From a virus (taxonomy: Duplodnaviria > Caudoviricetes): a DNA stretch of 47,294 bases. The stretch spans positions 1 to 47,294 of the IMG/VR virus record IMGVR_UViG_3300048599_000894. One strand, 5' to 3'. The notes beneath the pieces were generated by a model. It searched no databases, was not told the origin of the DNA, and worked only from the letters and a program-made list of their open reading frames with translations. A program made the position numbers and the translations under genes. Of this stretch, positions 35,179-45,106 are shown in pieces; the stretch's first letter is position 1, and each line of letters starts with the position of its first letter.

Positions 35179-36234
35179 ATGACTACGGGTATTTATTCAC
35201 TTGAAGATTTACGTGCTGTAAAATATGCTTCCGCGGCTGAATTTGGTTTAGATACGATTAACAAGACCTTGCAGGCTGAGTTAGCTAACTACAATGCTCA
35301 GATGCGTGAACAAATGATGCTGCTGGCCGAACCGCTGACTGAACAGTCCAGAATTTATGGGACGTCTGGTATCGCGCTAATGGCTGAGGTCGATGAATTT
35401 GGCAAGGGCGTTTCTCAGAAAGATAGTGTGGGTGTTACCGTTAGCTTCCCGCTGAAAGTGTTTGCTGCTGCGTTAGGCTGGACGGAAAAACATTTACAGA
35501 TGGCTACACCTGCTGAAATGGCCGAGAAAATGATTAAGGTCCAGAAGGGTTATGCTGCTGCGGTTACTAAAGCGGTTAAACAGGCTATCTTTAATAACAC
35601 TAACTATAACTTTACCGACCATTTGGTCAATGGGGTTACTTTAGGTGTGAAACGCTTGATTAACGCGGATGGTTCGGTTATCCCCAATTCTCCCTCTGGT
35701 GCTACCTTTGATGGTTCCACACATACGCATTACTTAGCTAGAGCGGCTGCCTTAGCTAACAGTGACATTGATGGTGCTATCTCTACGGTTACAGAGCACG
35801 GTAATACACATGGTTTAAAGATGTTCGTCAACTTGAGCAACAAAGCGGCTGTGACTGCTTTATCTAAGTTCAAAGCGCTTGACTCTGCTTTACTGGCTTA
35901 CAGTGGTGTTACTTCTACAATTACCAAACTCAATACCAATGATTTTGAAAATCAGATGATTGGCTATTGGGATGGTTATGTGGAAGTGTGGGTTAAACCC
36001 TGGGTTCCGGCTAACTATATCCTTGTGGCAGCTACTGAGGAACCAGAAAAGTTATTGGGTTATAGAGAGTTACCTCAACCGTCTATGCAGGGCTTGAGAA
36101 TTGATGCTCCGTTCGGTATCGCTCCGTTAGTTGCTCAGAATGCTGAGGCTATCTTTGGCTTTGGTGTCTGGAATAGATTAGCTGGTAGTGTGCTGTACAT
36201 TGGTGGCACAACCTGGACTAATCCAACTATTTAA
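35179..36234 (+). CDS. Major capsid protein
   Basis: AGGAGG RBS; size and position; followed by a terminator. Confidence 0.8.
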   Translation: MTTGIYSLEDLRAVKYASAAEFGLDTINKTLQAELANYNAQMREQMMLLAEPLTEQSRIYGTSGIALMAEVDEFGKGVSQKDSVGVTVSFPLKVFAAALGWTEKHLQMATPAEMAEKMIKVQKGYAAAVTKAVKQAIFNNTNYNFTDHLVNGVTLGVKRLINADGSVIPNSPSGATFDGSTHTHYLARAAALANSDIDGAISTVTEHGNTHGLKMFVNLSNKAAVTALSKFKALDSALLAYSGVTSTITKLNTNDFENQMIGYWDGYVEVWVKPWVPANYILVAATEEPEKLLGYRELPQPSMQGLRIDAPFGIAPLVAQNAEAIFGFGVWNRLAGSVLYIGGTTWTNPTI

Positions 36235-36239
36235 CAAAG

Positions 36240-36267
36240 TAAGGGAGGCTAACAACCTCCCTTTTTT
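36240..36267 (+). terminator. Intrinsic terminator
   Basis: AAGGGAGG-CTAACAA-CCTCCC-T6. Confidence 0.85.
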
Positions 36268-36282
36268 ACTAACGGAGGTAAC

Positions 36283-36639
36283 ATGACACTTACAGAGTAT
36301 ATCCCCGCTTACATGGGTGAGTTATATACTTACTTCAATTGGGGAGAGACACAAATTAATTTTATTATCTCCGAAACTCTGCTTAACTATGGTGTAGATA
36401 CAGAAGCTAAAGCTACTGATAAGACTAAGCTGTATAAACTGTGTAAAATAGAAATTTGGAGAAAAGCGGTAAATGACTGTGTTCAAAAGTTTAACTTCTC
36501 TGCTGATGGGGCTAATTATTCAGAATCTCAAGTTTACGAGCACTGCAAAGAACAGTATTTTCAGGCAATAGGTGATGTTGAGCTAACAGTAACAGAGATA
36601 ACTTACAATAACCCTTACGCGTGGAATAGATGGGGGTGA
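36283..36639 (+). CDS. Putative head-tail adaptor
   Basis: GGAGG RBS; position; FSADGANYS. Confidence 0.6.
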   Translation: MTLTEYIPAYMGELYTYFNWGETQINFIISETLLNYGVDTEAKATDKTKLYKLCKIEIWRKAVNDCVQKFNFSADGANYSESQVYEHCKEQYFQAIGDVELTVTEITYNNPYAWNRWG

Positions 36640-36998
36640 GTATGAACTATAACTCCCTGGCAGATACCGCTGAAAGAACATTTTTTGATAAATGTAAAAT
36701 TGGTACAGTAACCCGCACTCAAAATAGTTATGGTGAGGAAGTAGAGAGCATATCCTGGGGGAGTGAAATAAGTTGTGGCTTTAACTGGAATGCTGGCAGA
36801 ATAACTTATAAAGATAGTTTAGTTATACTCCCCATAGAAGGAATAGTAAGATTACCTAGAGATACAGTAATTACCATTGCTAATAAGCTACAGATAACCT
36901 CTAGATTGGGTGAGATTAAGAGTTTAGTTTTTGAAGTAGTTGCTGAACCTAGATTGGGGCCAACCGCTATAGTAGTTGATGTGAAATTATGGAGGTAG
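36630..36998 (+). CDS. Putative head closure protein (start possibly 36642)
   Basis: QNSYGEE..W motif; position. Confidence 0.6.
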   Translation: MGVSMNYNSLADTAERTFFDKCKIGTVTRTQNSYGEEVESISWGSEISCGFNWNAGRITYKDSLVILPIEGIVRLPRDTVITIANKLQITSRLGEIKSLVFEVVAEPRLGPTAIVVDVKLWR

Positions 36999-37002
36999 CC
37001 TC

Positions 37003-37332
37003 ATGCAGATAAAAGGATTAGATAAACTTAATCAGCAACTAAAAGAGTTAGAAAAGTTGGGGGAGAATAAACAAGCTCTATTAGCAGGGGGATATATATT
37101 ACAAAAACTATCGCAAGAGAATGCTCCTGTAGATACCGGTTATCTAAGAAACTCAGCCTATACAGAGGAAACACAATCAGGGGTAGAGGTAGGGTTTACC
37201 GCTGAATATGCAGCTTATCAAGAGTTTGGCACTGAAACAATTCCTGCTAAAGGTTTTATGAGAAAAGCAGTTGATGAAGGTGCTACTGAAATCATTGAGA
37301 AAGTAAAAGAAGTTCTCAAGGGGGAATTATGA
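37003..37332 (+). CDS. HK97 gp10-like neck protein
   Basis: APVDTGYLRNS, YAAYQEFGT, FMRKA. Confidence 0.85.
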   Translation: MQIKGLDKLNQQLKELEKLGENKQALLAGGYILQKLSQENAPVDTGYLRNSAYTEETQSGVEVGFTAEYAAYQEFGTETIPAKGFMRKAVDEGATEIIEKVKEVLKGEL

Positions 37333-37658
37333 TAGAGGAAACATTAATAACTAAATTATCCCCTTTAAAGGTATATCCAGATAAGCGGCCTATCAATCAA
37401 ACCTTACCAGTAGTGTTATATAAAAGAGTATCTACTAACTATATAGGTAGAAGTTATGATGGTTGTAATCTGGTAAGAGCTAGATTCCAATTAACCATTT
37501 GGGCAGATACACTCTCAGAAGCTAATAGTATAGCTAATGAAGTTATCGAGAAACTAGATAGCGTTAATGGGATAGTAATCAATAGACTACAGAATATAGA
37601 TTCTGAATCAGATAAAAATAGTATTATTCTAGAATTTTTTTTGCTAGGAGAAATGTAA
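37329..37658 (+). CDS. Tail terminator (DUF3168-like)
   Basis: VYP..LPVVLYKRVS..RFQLTIWA. Confidence 0.75.
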   Translation: MIEETLITKLSPLKVYPDKRPINQTLPVVLYKRVSTNYIGRSYDGCNLVRARFQLTIWADTLSEANSIANEVIEKLDSVNGIVINRLQNIDSESDKNSIILEFFLLGEM

Positions 37659-37659
37659 A

Positions 37660-38061
37660 ATGAGCTTTACAAATTATGGGATTTCTATAAAAAAGGGTGC
37701 TGTTGCGATTGCTGATGTAGTTACAGTGGCATTTCCTGAATTATCAATGGAGGAAATTGATGTTACTTCACATTCCAGTGGTGGATATAAAGAATATATT
37801 CCCAATGGAGTGATTGACCCTGGTGAAGTTGCTGTAACCTGTAACTACAGCTATACAGCTTTTGCTTCTTTTGTAACCGATATGGAAGCTGGAACTACTT
37901 CAACCTATACACTTGTATTTAGTGGGGATAACAACGGTGAGTTTACTTTTGATGCGTGGGTTAAGGGTTTAAGCATGGAAGATATGGATGCTACAGACCC
38001 CGCTGCTGCTCAATTCACGGTTACTTTGAGACCTACAGGTGAAGTTTCTAGCATTGCTTGA
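37660..38061 (+). CDS. Major tail tube protein
   Basis: EEIDVTSHSS..YKEYIP..DPGEV; TLRPTG. Confidence 0.85.
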   Translation: MSFTNYGISIKKGAVAIADVVTVAFPELSMEEIDVTSHSSGGYKEYIPNGVIDPGEVAVTCNYSYTAFASFVTDMEAGTTSTYTLVFSGDNNGEFTFDAWVKGLSMEDMDATDPAAAQFTVTLRPTGEVSSIA

Positions 38062-38082
38062 TAGCATTGCTTAATAAGAAAT

Positions 38083-38107
38083 AAGGGGGTTTAATCACCC
38101 CCTTTTT
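38083..38107 (+). terminator. Intrinsic terminator
   Basis: AAGGGGG-TTTAATCA-CCCCC-T5. Confidence 0.82.
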
Positions 38108-38156
38108 CAATTACTTCCGATTATACCCATAAATCAGAAGTAAAAATGGAGGGAGA

Positions 38157-38791
38157 ATGACCACTAAACGACTAACTAAAGCTGAGTTAAGGGATAAATT
38201 ATTCAGACCGTTGAGAGAAAAAGAAGTCATATTAGAGGGGATAGGTACAGTTACAGTTAGAGAATTATCTGCTGCCTCAGCTATTAAAATCTCAGAGGCT
38301 AAATCTGATACTGAGAGAGCATTGATTGGAGTAGTGGAGAGTATCTATATTGATGGTGATAAGTTATTTAACTCAGTTGAGGAACTCTCACAGTTACCAA
38401 TTGAGACTTTAACTGTACTTAGTGAAGCAATTAAAGAACTAGAGGAAGTCAATAAAAAAAACTGATTAAATCCCCAATGCTTAAGTTTGCATACAGGTTA
38501 GCCTTAGCTTTGGGGATACCCTCAGTGGATTACTTATTAGATAACTTATCTAGTACAGAGCTAGAGGGATGGCTAGATTATTGGAATGAAGAACCCTTTG
38601 GCTATGAGATAGAGAATTATCGCTCTGGCTTGATAGCTGCTTTACTTTACAACGTTAATAAAGATAGAAAAGCTAAAAGTAAATCTCCGTTCGACTTTTA
38701 CAAGAACTTAACTCAGAGACCCTCTCCTGACTCAACAACCAAACTTGAGCAGGCTAAGGCTTATTTCAACTTAATTAAAAATAGAGGGTGA
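38157..38791 (+). CDS. Tail assembly chaperone pair (38157-38465 plus -1 frameshift into 38477-38791)
   Basis: A AAA AAC just before the stop; -1 frame is open into the next ORF. Confidence 0.8.
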
Positions 38792-38795
38792 TTAC

Positions 38796-40589
38796 ATGGA
38801 ATTAGAAAAATTATTTATAGTTCTAGGTTTAGATAACTCAGAACTAGTTGACAAGTTAAAAGAATCCTCAAACAAACTGTCTTCTCTAACCAGTGGTTTA
38901 GCTGGTATAGGAGGTGGCATAGTAGCGGGTGGTGTAGCTGCTGCTGGTGCTGGCATTGCTAGTTTAACTGGATTGCTCTACTCTAGCGCTGAGGCTGCTG
39001 CTGACAGTGAAGATAAACTAGCTCAACTCAATTCAGTATTAACCTCTACTGGTGGGGTTAGTGGTATGACAGTTGATAGCGTTAGCTCTCTAGCTGATAG
39101 TTTATCCAGCGTCACTAAATTTGAGGATGAAGCCATTATTTCTGCTGAGAGTATGCTACTTACTTTCACAAATATAGGTAAAGATGTATTCCCTAACGCT
39201 ACTGAAACTGTTCTTGATATGTCACAAGCTCTAGGGCAGGATTTAAAATCTTCCAGCGTACAGTTAGGTAAAGCCTTAAATGACCCTATCAATGGTATTA
39301 CTGCTCTAAGTAGAGTTGGTGTTACCTTTACTGATGAACAGAAGGATTTAATTAAAACACTGGTAGAGACCGGTGATACTGTTGGTGCTCAAAAGGTAAT
39401 CCTTGAGGAACTCAATAAAGAGTTTGGAGGTTCAGCTAAAGCTGCTGGTTCTACTTTTACTGGTGTAATGGAGAGAATTAAAAATACTCTAGGCAACTTG
39501 AAAGAGGTTATCGGTGGTGCAGTTTTACCTGTACTTACACAACTAGGTGAAACTTTAATTACAAAGTTAAATCAGCCTGAAACCATTGCTTTTATTACAA
39601 ATTTAGCTACTACAGTCTCTAACTTTGCTCTACAGGTAATTACCTGGATACCACAGGTTATTACTACGTTTCAAAATGTATTTAACTATCTTATTGAGCA
39701 CAAAGAGATTATTGTAGGGGTTTTGGCTGCAATGGGTGTAGCGGTTGGTGTGTTTGTGTGGACTACAGTTATTCCTGCTATTACGGCTACTGTTACTGCA
39801 ATGGCTCCAGTACTGGCTGTATTAGCCGCAGTTGCGTTAGCTGCTGGACTGCTTTATCTAGCCTGGGATAACAATTTTTTGGGCATTAGAGATACCTTAA
39901 CTTCTGTATGGAATAGTGTACAACCTGTTTTAGCTACTTTTGTTAACTGGTTACAGGTTAATATACCGCTTGCTATGCAGATGCTCTCCGACTTCTGGAA
40001 TACTAAGCTACTGCCTGTATTTACGGCTATCAGAACCTGGGTAGAGGCTCACTTAGTACCGTTATTCTCTGCAATGGGAGAGGTTATTAGTGCTGTGGTT
40101 AGTGTAGCGTTTACTGCTCTCTCAGGAATTATACAGAATGTAGTGGTACCTGCTGTAAAAAATATATTTGGTTGGTTTAATGATAAAGTATTACCTATTT
40201 TAAAAGAGGTTGGCGGTTGGATTAATTCCAAACTAACTCCTGCCTTTGAGTGGCTAGGTAAAGCGATTGATAAGGTGAGTGGTTTTCTCTCCAACCTGGC
40301 TAATAAGATTAAATCTATTAAGTTGCCTAACTGGATGAAACCTGGTTCACCAATGCCGCTTGATTGGTCATTTAGATGGTTAGGGGATTCTATTTCTGAT
40401 GTAGCTAACAAGGATTTACCCACATTAAATAGAAACCTGAATGTAACTGGTGATATTTTTGGTGGTGGTTTAGCTAGTTCACAAAGTAACTTAGCTGAAA
40501 AGATGCTAGAGCAACTCGAAGCCTTAAATAGAAAATCCTTTACTAAAGAGGAACTAGTTTCAGGGTTACAGTATGCTAACGCATTATAG
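38796..40589 (+). CDS. Tape measure protein
   Basis: QLGKALNDP..GITALSRVGV; periodic W/F repeats; PGSP. Confidence 0.9.
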   Translation: MELEKLFIVLGLDNSELVDKLKESSNKLSSLTSGLAGIGGGIVAGGVAAAGAGIASLTGLLYSSAEAAADSEDKLAQLNSVLTSTGGVSGMTVDSVSSLADSLSSVTKFEDEAIISAESMLLTFTNIGKDVFPNATETVLDMSQALGQDLKSSSVQLGKALNDPINGITALSRVGVTFTDEQKDLIKTLVETGDTVGAQKVILEELNKEFGGSAKAAGSTFTGVMERIKNTLGNLKEVIGGAVLPVLTQLGETLITKLNQPETIAFITNLATTVSNFALQVITWIPQVITTFQNVFNYLIEHKEIIVGVLAAMGVAVGVFVWTTVIPAITATVTAMAPVLAVLAAVALAAGLLYLAWDNNFLGIRDTLTSVWNSVQPVLATFVNWLQVNIPLAMQMLSDFWNTKLLPVFTAIRTWVEAHLVPLFSAMGEVISAVVSVAFTALSGIIQNVVVPAVKNIFGWFNDKVLPILKEVGGWINSKLTPAFEWLGKAIDKVSGFLSNLANKIKSIKLPNWMKPGSPMPLDWSFRWLGDSISDVANKDLPTLNRNLNVTGDIFGGGLASSQSNLAEKMLEQLEALNRKSFTKEELVSGLQYANAL

Positions 40590-40591
40590 GG

Positions 40592-42208
40592 GTGACTATG
40601 TTTAATTTCTACTCTGTAAATGTAAGTATTCAAGTTGATACAGTGTACACAAATATTACCCCTGATGTAATCGGAGACATTCAGATTAAGAGGGGGTTCA
40701 CCGATAGTGCCCCCTCAACTAGAGTTGCTGCGCCTGGTAGCTGTGTATTCATGCTGAGAAATGGTTCAAATGCTATTAATGGTGAAGGAACCTACTCTAA
40801 GGATTCTGTTAATCATCTTGCTGAGTTTAAAAGGGGTGCTCATATAGTTGTTGATATACCCATTACACAAACAGACTACTCAACAGGTAGAAAGTTTGAA
40901 GGGTGGGTTGAAAGTATTGAGGTTGACAATAAGTACAAACGGGTTACTGTAAATTGTTATGATTGGCTCTATTATGGTGGTTTAAAGCGCTTACCTTATG
41001 TCACTACCGCTCTAAATAAGGATGCTTATTACGCAGTTGATTACATTAAGGATAATTTAATTCCAGATGGTGGTACAGTACATCCCTATGGTAATTTCAC
41101 CACGTTTCAAACTATTTTTGATATTGCTGATGACACTAAAACCGCTATTAAAGAGATTAATCAACTAGTCAGTTCTGAGTTAGGTTACTTTTATATTGGG
41201 AGAGAGAAGGAAAATAACACAAACCATTGGTACTATGCTCAAGATGCTAATGCACTCATACTTGAGGCAAAAGATTATAGAGCTACTGATTATACAACTA
41301 CTGAGATAGTGATTCCTGCTGAGTTTTCTGATTTATTTACCACTGAGGATGATGAGGACTCATTAATAACTGAGGATGACTACAATCTAGTTGTATTGGA
41401 TTATGAGGAAGCAGCATTAGAGGATAGCTTTACGGATGTTAAAGCTAAAGAGGGAGAGTTAATATACAACAAAGTCAATGGTTCAATTATTGGTAGAAGA
41501 TATGTAGATATTTACACTCCAATTTGGAAACTGGACGTAACTAACCAGACCTACAGATTAAACCCATATGAACAGATTGCTATTACTGCCAGTTATTACA
41601 ATACAGATTTTGACGCTGGTGATTCTCCTGAGAGAGTTTATTCAGCGGATGTACTAACTCCTGTAGCTACTACAGACTACACAGCTAACACTGCTGCGGA
41701 TGGTTCTGGTAGTGATATGACTGCTGAATTAGATGTTTCCATAGCAAAGGCATTAACTTATTCTAAGCTCTATCTCCATAACTCTAGTGGTATTTACCCG
41801 ATATACATTACCTTCTTTCGGATTAGAGGCAAACCAATTTATATTTCTGCTGGTTCTGGTGTAATTGCTGAGGATACAGACTCTCAAGATGAGTTTGGTT
41901 TAAAAGAGATTAATTTAGATTTACCCTATATGGGGGATGTTATTCAAGCCTATGATTATCTCACTCAGTTTATTACTTTCTATAAAGAGAATAGGTTTGT
42001 ACCTACAGAAGTAACCTTCTATCCAAACAAAAATCAGCACTTAGCCTTATTGTTTTGGGGGTTAGATGTAGGTTCTCAAATTCGAGTTATTGACTCTATT
42101 AATGGGATAGACAATATCTTGATAATTGATTTTGTTGATATGACTATCTCTCCTGGCAATGTAATTAAAGTTACTTGGCGGCTAAGAGAGAAACAATATT
42201 TTATCTAA
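40592..42208 (+). CDS. Tail tip/hub protein
   Basis: Follows TMP; shares the TPVATTD..NT..GSG.D.TA block with 22937-24442. Confidence 0.78.
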   Translation: MTMFNFYSVNVSIQVDTVYTNITPDVIGDIQIKRGFTDSAPSTRVAAPGSCVFMLRNGSNAINGEGTYSKDSVNHLAEFKRGAHIVVDIPITQTDYSTGRKFEGWVESIEVDNKYKRVTVNCYDWLYYGGLKRLPYVTTALNKDAYYAVDYIKDNLIPDGGTVHPYGNFTTFQTIFDIADDTKTAIKEINQLVSSELGYFYIGREKENNTNHWYYAQDANALILEAKDYRATDYTTTEIVIPAEFSDLFTTEDDEDSLITEDDYNLVVLDYEEAALEDSFTDVKAKEGELIYNKVNGSIIGRRYVDIYTPIWKLDVTNQTYRLNPYEQIAITASYYNTDFDAGDSPERVYSADVLTPVATTDYTANTAADGSGSDMTAELDVSIAKALTYSKLYLHNSSGIYPIYITFFRIRGKPIYISAGSGVIAEDTDSQDEFGLKEINLDLPYMGDVIQAYDYLTQFITFYKENRFVPTEVTFYPNKNQHLALLFWGLDVGSQIRVIDSINGIDNILIIDFVDMTISPGNVIKVTWRLREKQYFI

Positions 42209-42217
42209 AGGTGATAC

Positions 42218-42955
42218 ATGGCAAATAAAAAAATAACTCAGCTAACTGAGGCTACTACAATATTACCTACTGATATACTACCAGTGGTAATTAATCCTGC
42301 GTCAAGTCCAGCTAGTCGTAAAATTACCGCTCAAAACTTGCAATCCGCATTGAATACAGGCTGGTTATACGTAGCTGCAAGCGGAACTTATCTATCAGCT
42401 TCAACTTTTCGGTTGACGGGCGATTTTACAGCTTATTTTAAAATTGGCGCGAAGATTAAACTTAATAACACAACTACAAAATATTTCTATGTAGCGTCTA
42501 GTTCTTATTCAGCACCTAATACTACAGTAACGATTATTGTTAATACAACTTATACGCTTGCAAACACAACTTTGAGCAATGTTTATATTAGTTATGCTGA
42601 ACCACCAGATTTTCCAGGTTGGCTTAGTTATACTTCTACGCTATCAGCCGTAAGTGGTTCTTTTACCAGTGCATCTATAACTGGAAAGTTTTCGATGACA
42701 GGCAAAACTATGAAAGTTGTTGTTGTGGTAACTATTACAACAAACGGAACCGCTAGTGGTATCGGTGTAACCGTACCTCTCAACTGTGTGGGTGGTTGTG
42801 TTTTAACAGGCCGTGAAAATCAAACTACTGGTGATATGCTGCAATGCTACGTAGCCAACGGCTCAAGCGTAGGATATGTTTTTAACTATACAGGTGATTA
42901 TATCAATGCAAACTCGCTTACCATCTATATTAATGGTTCTTATCCAGTTGCATAA
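42218..42955 (+). CDS. Tail fibre / receptor-binding protein
   Basis: MANKKITQLT anchor; remainder homologous to 25448-26290. Confidence 0.78.
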   Translation: MANKKITQLTEATTILPTDILPVVINPASSPASRKITAQNLQSALNTGWLYVAASGTYLSASTFRLTGDFTAYFKIGAKIKLNNTTTKYFYVASSSYSAPNTTVTIIVNTTYTLANTTLSNVYISYAEPPDFPGWLSYTSTLSAVSGSFTSASITGKFSMTGKTMKVVVVVTITTNGTASGIGVTVPLNCVGGCVLTGRENQTTGDMLQCYVANGSSVGYVFNYTGDYINANSLTIYINGSYPVA

Positions 42956-43029
42956 AAGGGGTAAGTATTAGTAATGATGAGAGTTTTACAAATTTAACTC
43001 TAGATACTTAGTTATCTAGTGGGGGTTAT

Positions 43030-43281
43030 ATGACCGATGAAAATTACTCAATTAAGGAAATGCTCAACAGAATCGAACAGGGTGTTTCCTCTTTAAATGT
43101 AAAAGTAGATGGCTTAAGTACAGAGCTAGGTAAGGCTACAACTAGAGTTGCAGTTCTGGAAGAGAGGGCTGATACCAATGAGGATGAAATAGCTAAACTT
43201 AGAGAAACTTCTAAAACCTGGAACCTGCTTAACTCAGTTGGGGCAGCACTGGCTGGTATTATAGCTACTATGTTTAGGTAG
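43030..43281 (+). CDS. Coiled-coil plus TM protein (holin/XhlA-like)
   Basis: Heptads and a C-terminal hydrophobic helix. Confidence 0.6.
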   Translation: MTDENYSIKEMLNRIEQGVSSLNVKVDGLSTELGKATTRVAVLEERADTNEDEIAKLRETSKTWNLLNSVGAALAGIIATMFR

Positions 43282-43743
43282 GTGAATATGACGGATAAGT
43301 TAATAATTAATGGCATTGAAGTAACTGACCCTGATACCTGTAAGACTCGCTCTAGACACACTAAAAAACAAGTTGCACAAGCGTTAGTAGATAACTATGG
43401 AGTTATCTCTAATACTGCGAAACAATTAGGAATTTCTAGACAGGTTTTAGAGTCAAGAATCAAACTAAACCCTGATTTAAGAGCTATTCGAGATAGCGCT
43501 AGACAGTCTTTACTGGATGTAGCTGAGTCTCAATTATTTAAAAAAGTTGAATCTGGGGAAGATAGGTCTATCTTTTTTGTACTAACTAGACTAGGTAAAG
43601 AGCGCGGTTATGGTGATGAGGTTGTTATTAAAGCGGATGTTAATACTACAGACTTAACCAACTTAACCGTAGAGGAACTAGAGAAATTAAATGAACTTGT
43701 CAAAAAGACTACCAACGTTACAGGAGATACAACGGGAGCTTAG
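43282..43743 (+). CDS. terS: Terminase small subunit (HTH type)
   Basis: TAKQLGISRQ, LDVAESQL, GKERGY; overlaps terL. Confidence 0.8.
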   Translation: MNMTDKLIINGIEVTDPDTCKTRSRHTKKQVAQALVDNYGVISNTAKQLGISRQVLESRIKLNPDLRAIRDSARQSLLDVAESQLFKKVESGEDRSIFFVLTRLGKERGYGDEVVIKADVNTTDLTNLTVEELEKLNELVKKTTNVTGDTTGA

Positions 43744-45106
43744 TAAGCGTTCTCTATATGAGTTTGTTAAATTAGCGTGGCCTTATGTAGAACCTGAGAC
43801 TGACTTTATTGACAATTGGCACATTAAATTAATCTGCGAAGCTCTAGAGAAGTGTACTAGGGGGGAGATACTTAAATTAGCTATTAATATCCCCCCTAGA
43901 CACATGAAATCCTTACTTGTCAATGTGTTCTTTCCAGCGTGGGTATGGATTGATAATCCTGGAAAGAAATTCCTGTATGCCTCTAACAGTGAGGACTTAG
44001 CTGTAAGAGACTCAGTAGTTTGCAGGAAACTGATTGAATCCCCCTGGTATCAAAGTTTATTTGATGTAAAGCTCTCTAGAGACCAAAACCAGAAGTCTAG
44101 ATTTTCCAATACAAAAGGTGGAGTTAGATTAGCCTTTGGTGTAGGTGGTGCTATTACTGGTGAGGGTGCTAACTTTGTGATTGGTGATGATGTGCTCAAG
44201 GCTCAAGAGGCTAACTCAGATGCTTCACGAGAAAAAGTTAATCTCTGGTGGGATACCACTATGAGCACCCGTTTAAATAACTATAAAACTGATGTACGTA
44301 TATTGATTGGGCAGAGACTTCACGAAAATGATATTTTCGGTTATCTGGAAGATAAAGGGGAACACTACGAGCAGATTATATTACCGGCTGAGTATGAGGG
44401 TGTAAGGTATCAATCTACAGTTGGTCTAGATGACCCTAGAACCGTTGAAAATGAACTGTTATGGCCTGGAAGGTTTGGAGCTAAAGAGTTAGCTGACCTA
44501 AAAGTCTCACTAGGTGAACTAGGTGTAGCTGGACAATTACAACAGAGACCCTCTATCCAACAAGGTAATATTTTTAAAAAGGATTGGTTTACTCACAGGG
44601 AGAATAGCGATACTCTCTTTAGATTATTGTCATTTGATACTGCTGCTTCGACTAGTAAAACTGCTGCTTATACTGCCTGTACAGTTGGTGAAGTCACTAC
44701 AGACTACAAGTTATTTATTCGTGAAGTTTGGAGAGATAGAGTTGACTTTCCAGACCTACAGAAACAAATTGAACGTTTAGCCCAAAAGTATAGAGACAAA
44801 CTCCACTACATTTTAATCGAGAATAAATCCTCTGGTATCTCTGTTATACAAAGTATTCAGAAAAGCTCTCCTGATTGGATAGCTAGAATGATTGTGCCTA
44901 TCTCAGTTAAAGCCGATAAAGATACTAGAGCTAATTCAGCGGCTATATGGGCTAGTCAGGGGTGTATATCACTCTCAAATGATTTAGAAGTTTTCGAGCA
45001 AGAGTTATTTACTTTTCCCAATTCTAAATATAAAGACCAGACAGACAGTTTTACTCAGCTAGTTGATTATGTTAGTAATTATTTGGAGGCAGGTTTAAGA
45101 GCATGA
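43691..45106 (+). CDS. terL: Terminase large subunit
   Basis: INIPPRHMKS, GDD, QRLHEND, QQRP, IENKSSG, DQTDS. Confidence 0.93.
   Translation: MNLSKRLPTLQEIQRELSKRSLYEFVKLAWPYVEPETDFIDNWHIKLICEALEKCTRGEILKLAINIPPRHMKSLLVNVFFPAWVWIDNPGKKFLYASNSEDLAVRDSVVCRKLIESPWYQSLFDVKLSRDQNQKSRFSNTKGGVRLAFGVGGAITGEGANFVIGDDVLKAQEANSDASREKVNLWWDTTMSTRLNNYKTDVRILIGQRLHENDIFGYLEDKGEHYEQIILPAEYEGVRYQSTVGLDDPRTVENELLWPGRFGAKELADLKVSLGELGVAGQLQQRPSIQQGNIFKKDWFTHRENSDTLFRLLSFDTAASTSKTAAYTACTVGEVTTDYKLFIREVWRDRVDFPDLQKQIERLAQKYRDKLHYILIENKSSGISVIQSIQKSSPDWIARMIVPISVKADKDTRANSAAIWASQGCISLSNDLEVFEQELFTFPNSKYKDQTDSFTQLVDYVSNYLEAGLRA

Noticed and set aside
38049-38074. 13-bp tandem duplication at the end of the major tail gene
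   Set aside because: Followed by stops and a terminator; no extended frame; looks like slippage
40049-40633. 194-aa minus-strand ORF
   Set aside because: Antisense to the tape measure gene; no RBS or recognisable motif
24798-42955. Diversity-generating retroelement acting on tail fibres
   Set aside because: No reverse transcriptase and no near-identical TR/VR pair; fibre similarity is protein-level, not adenine-specific
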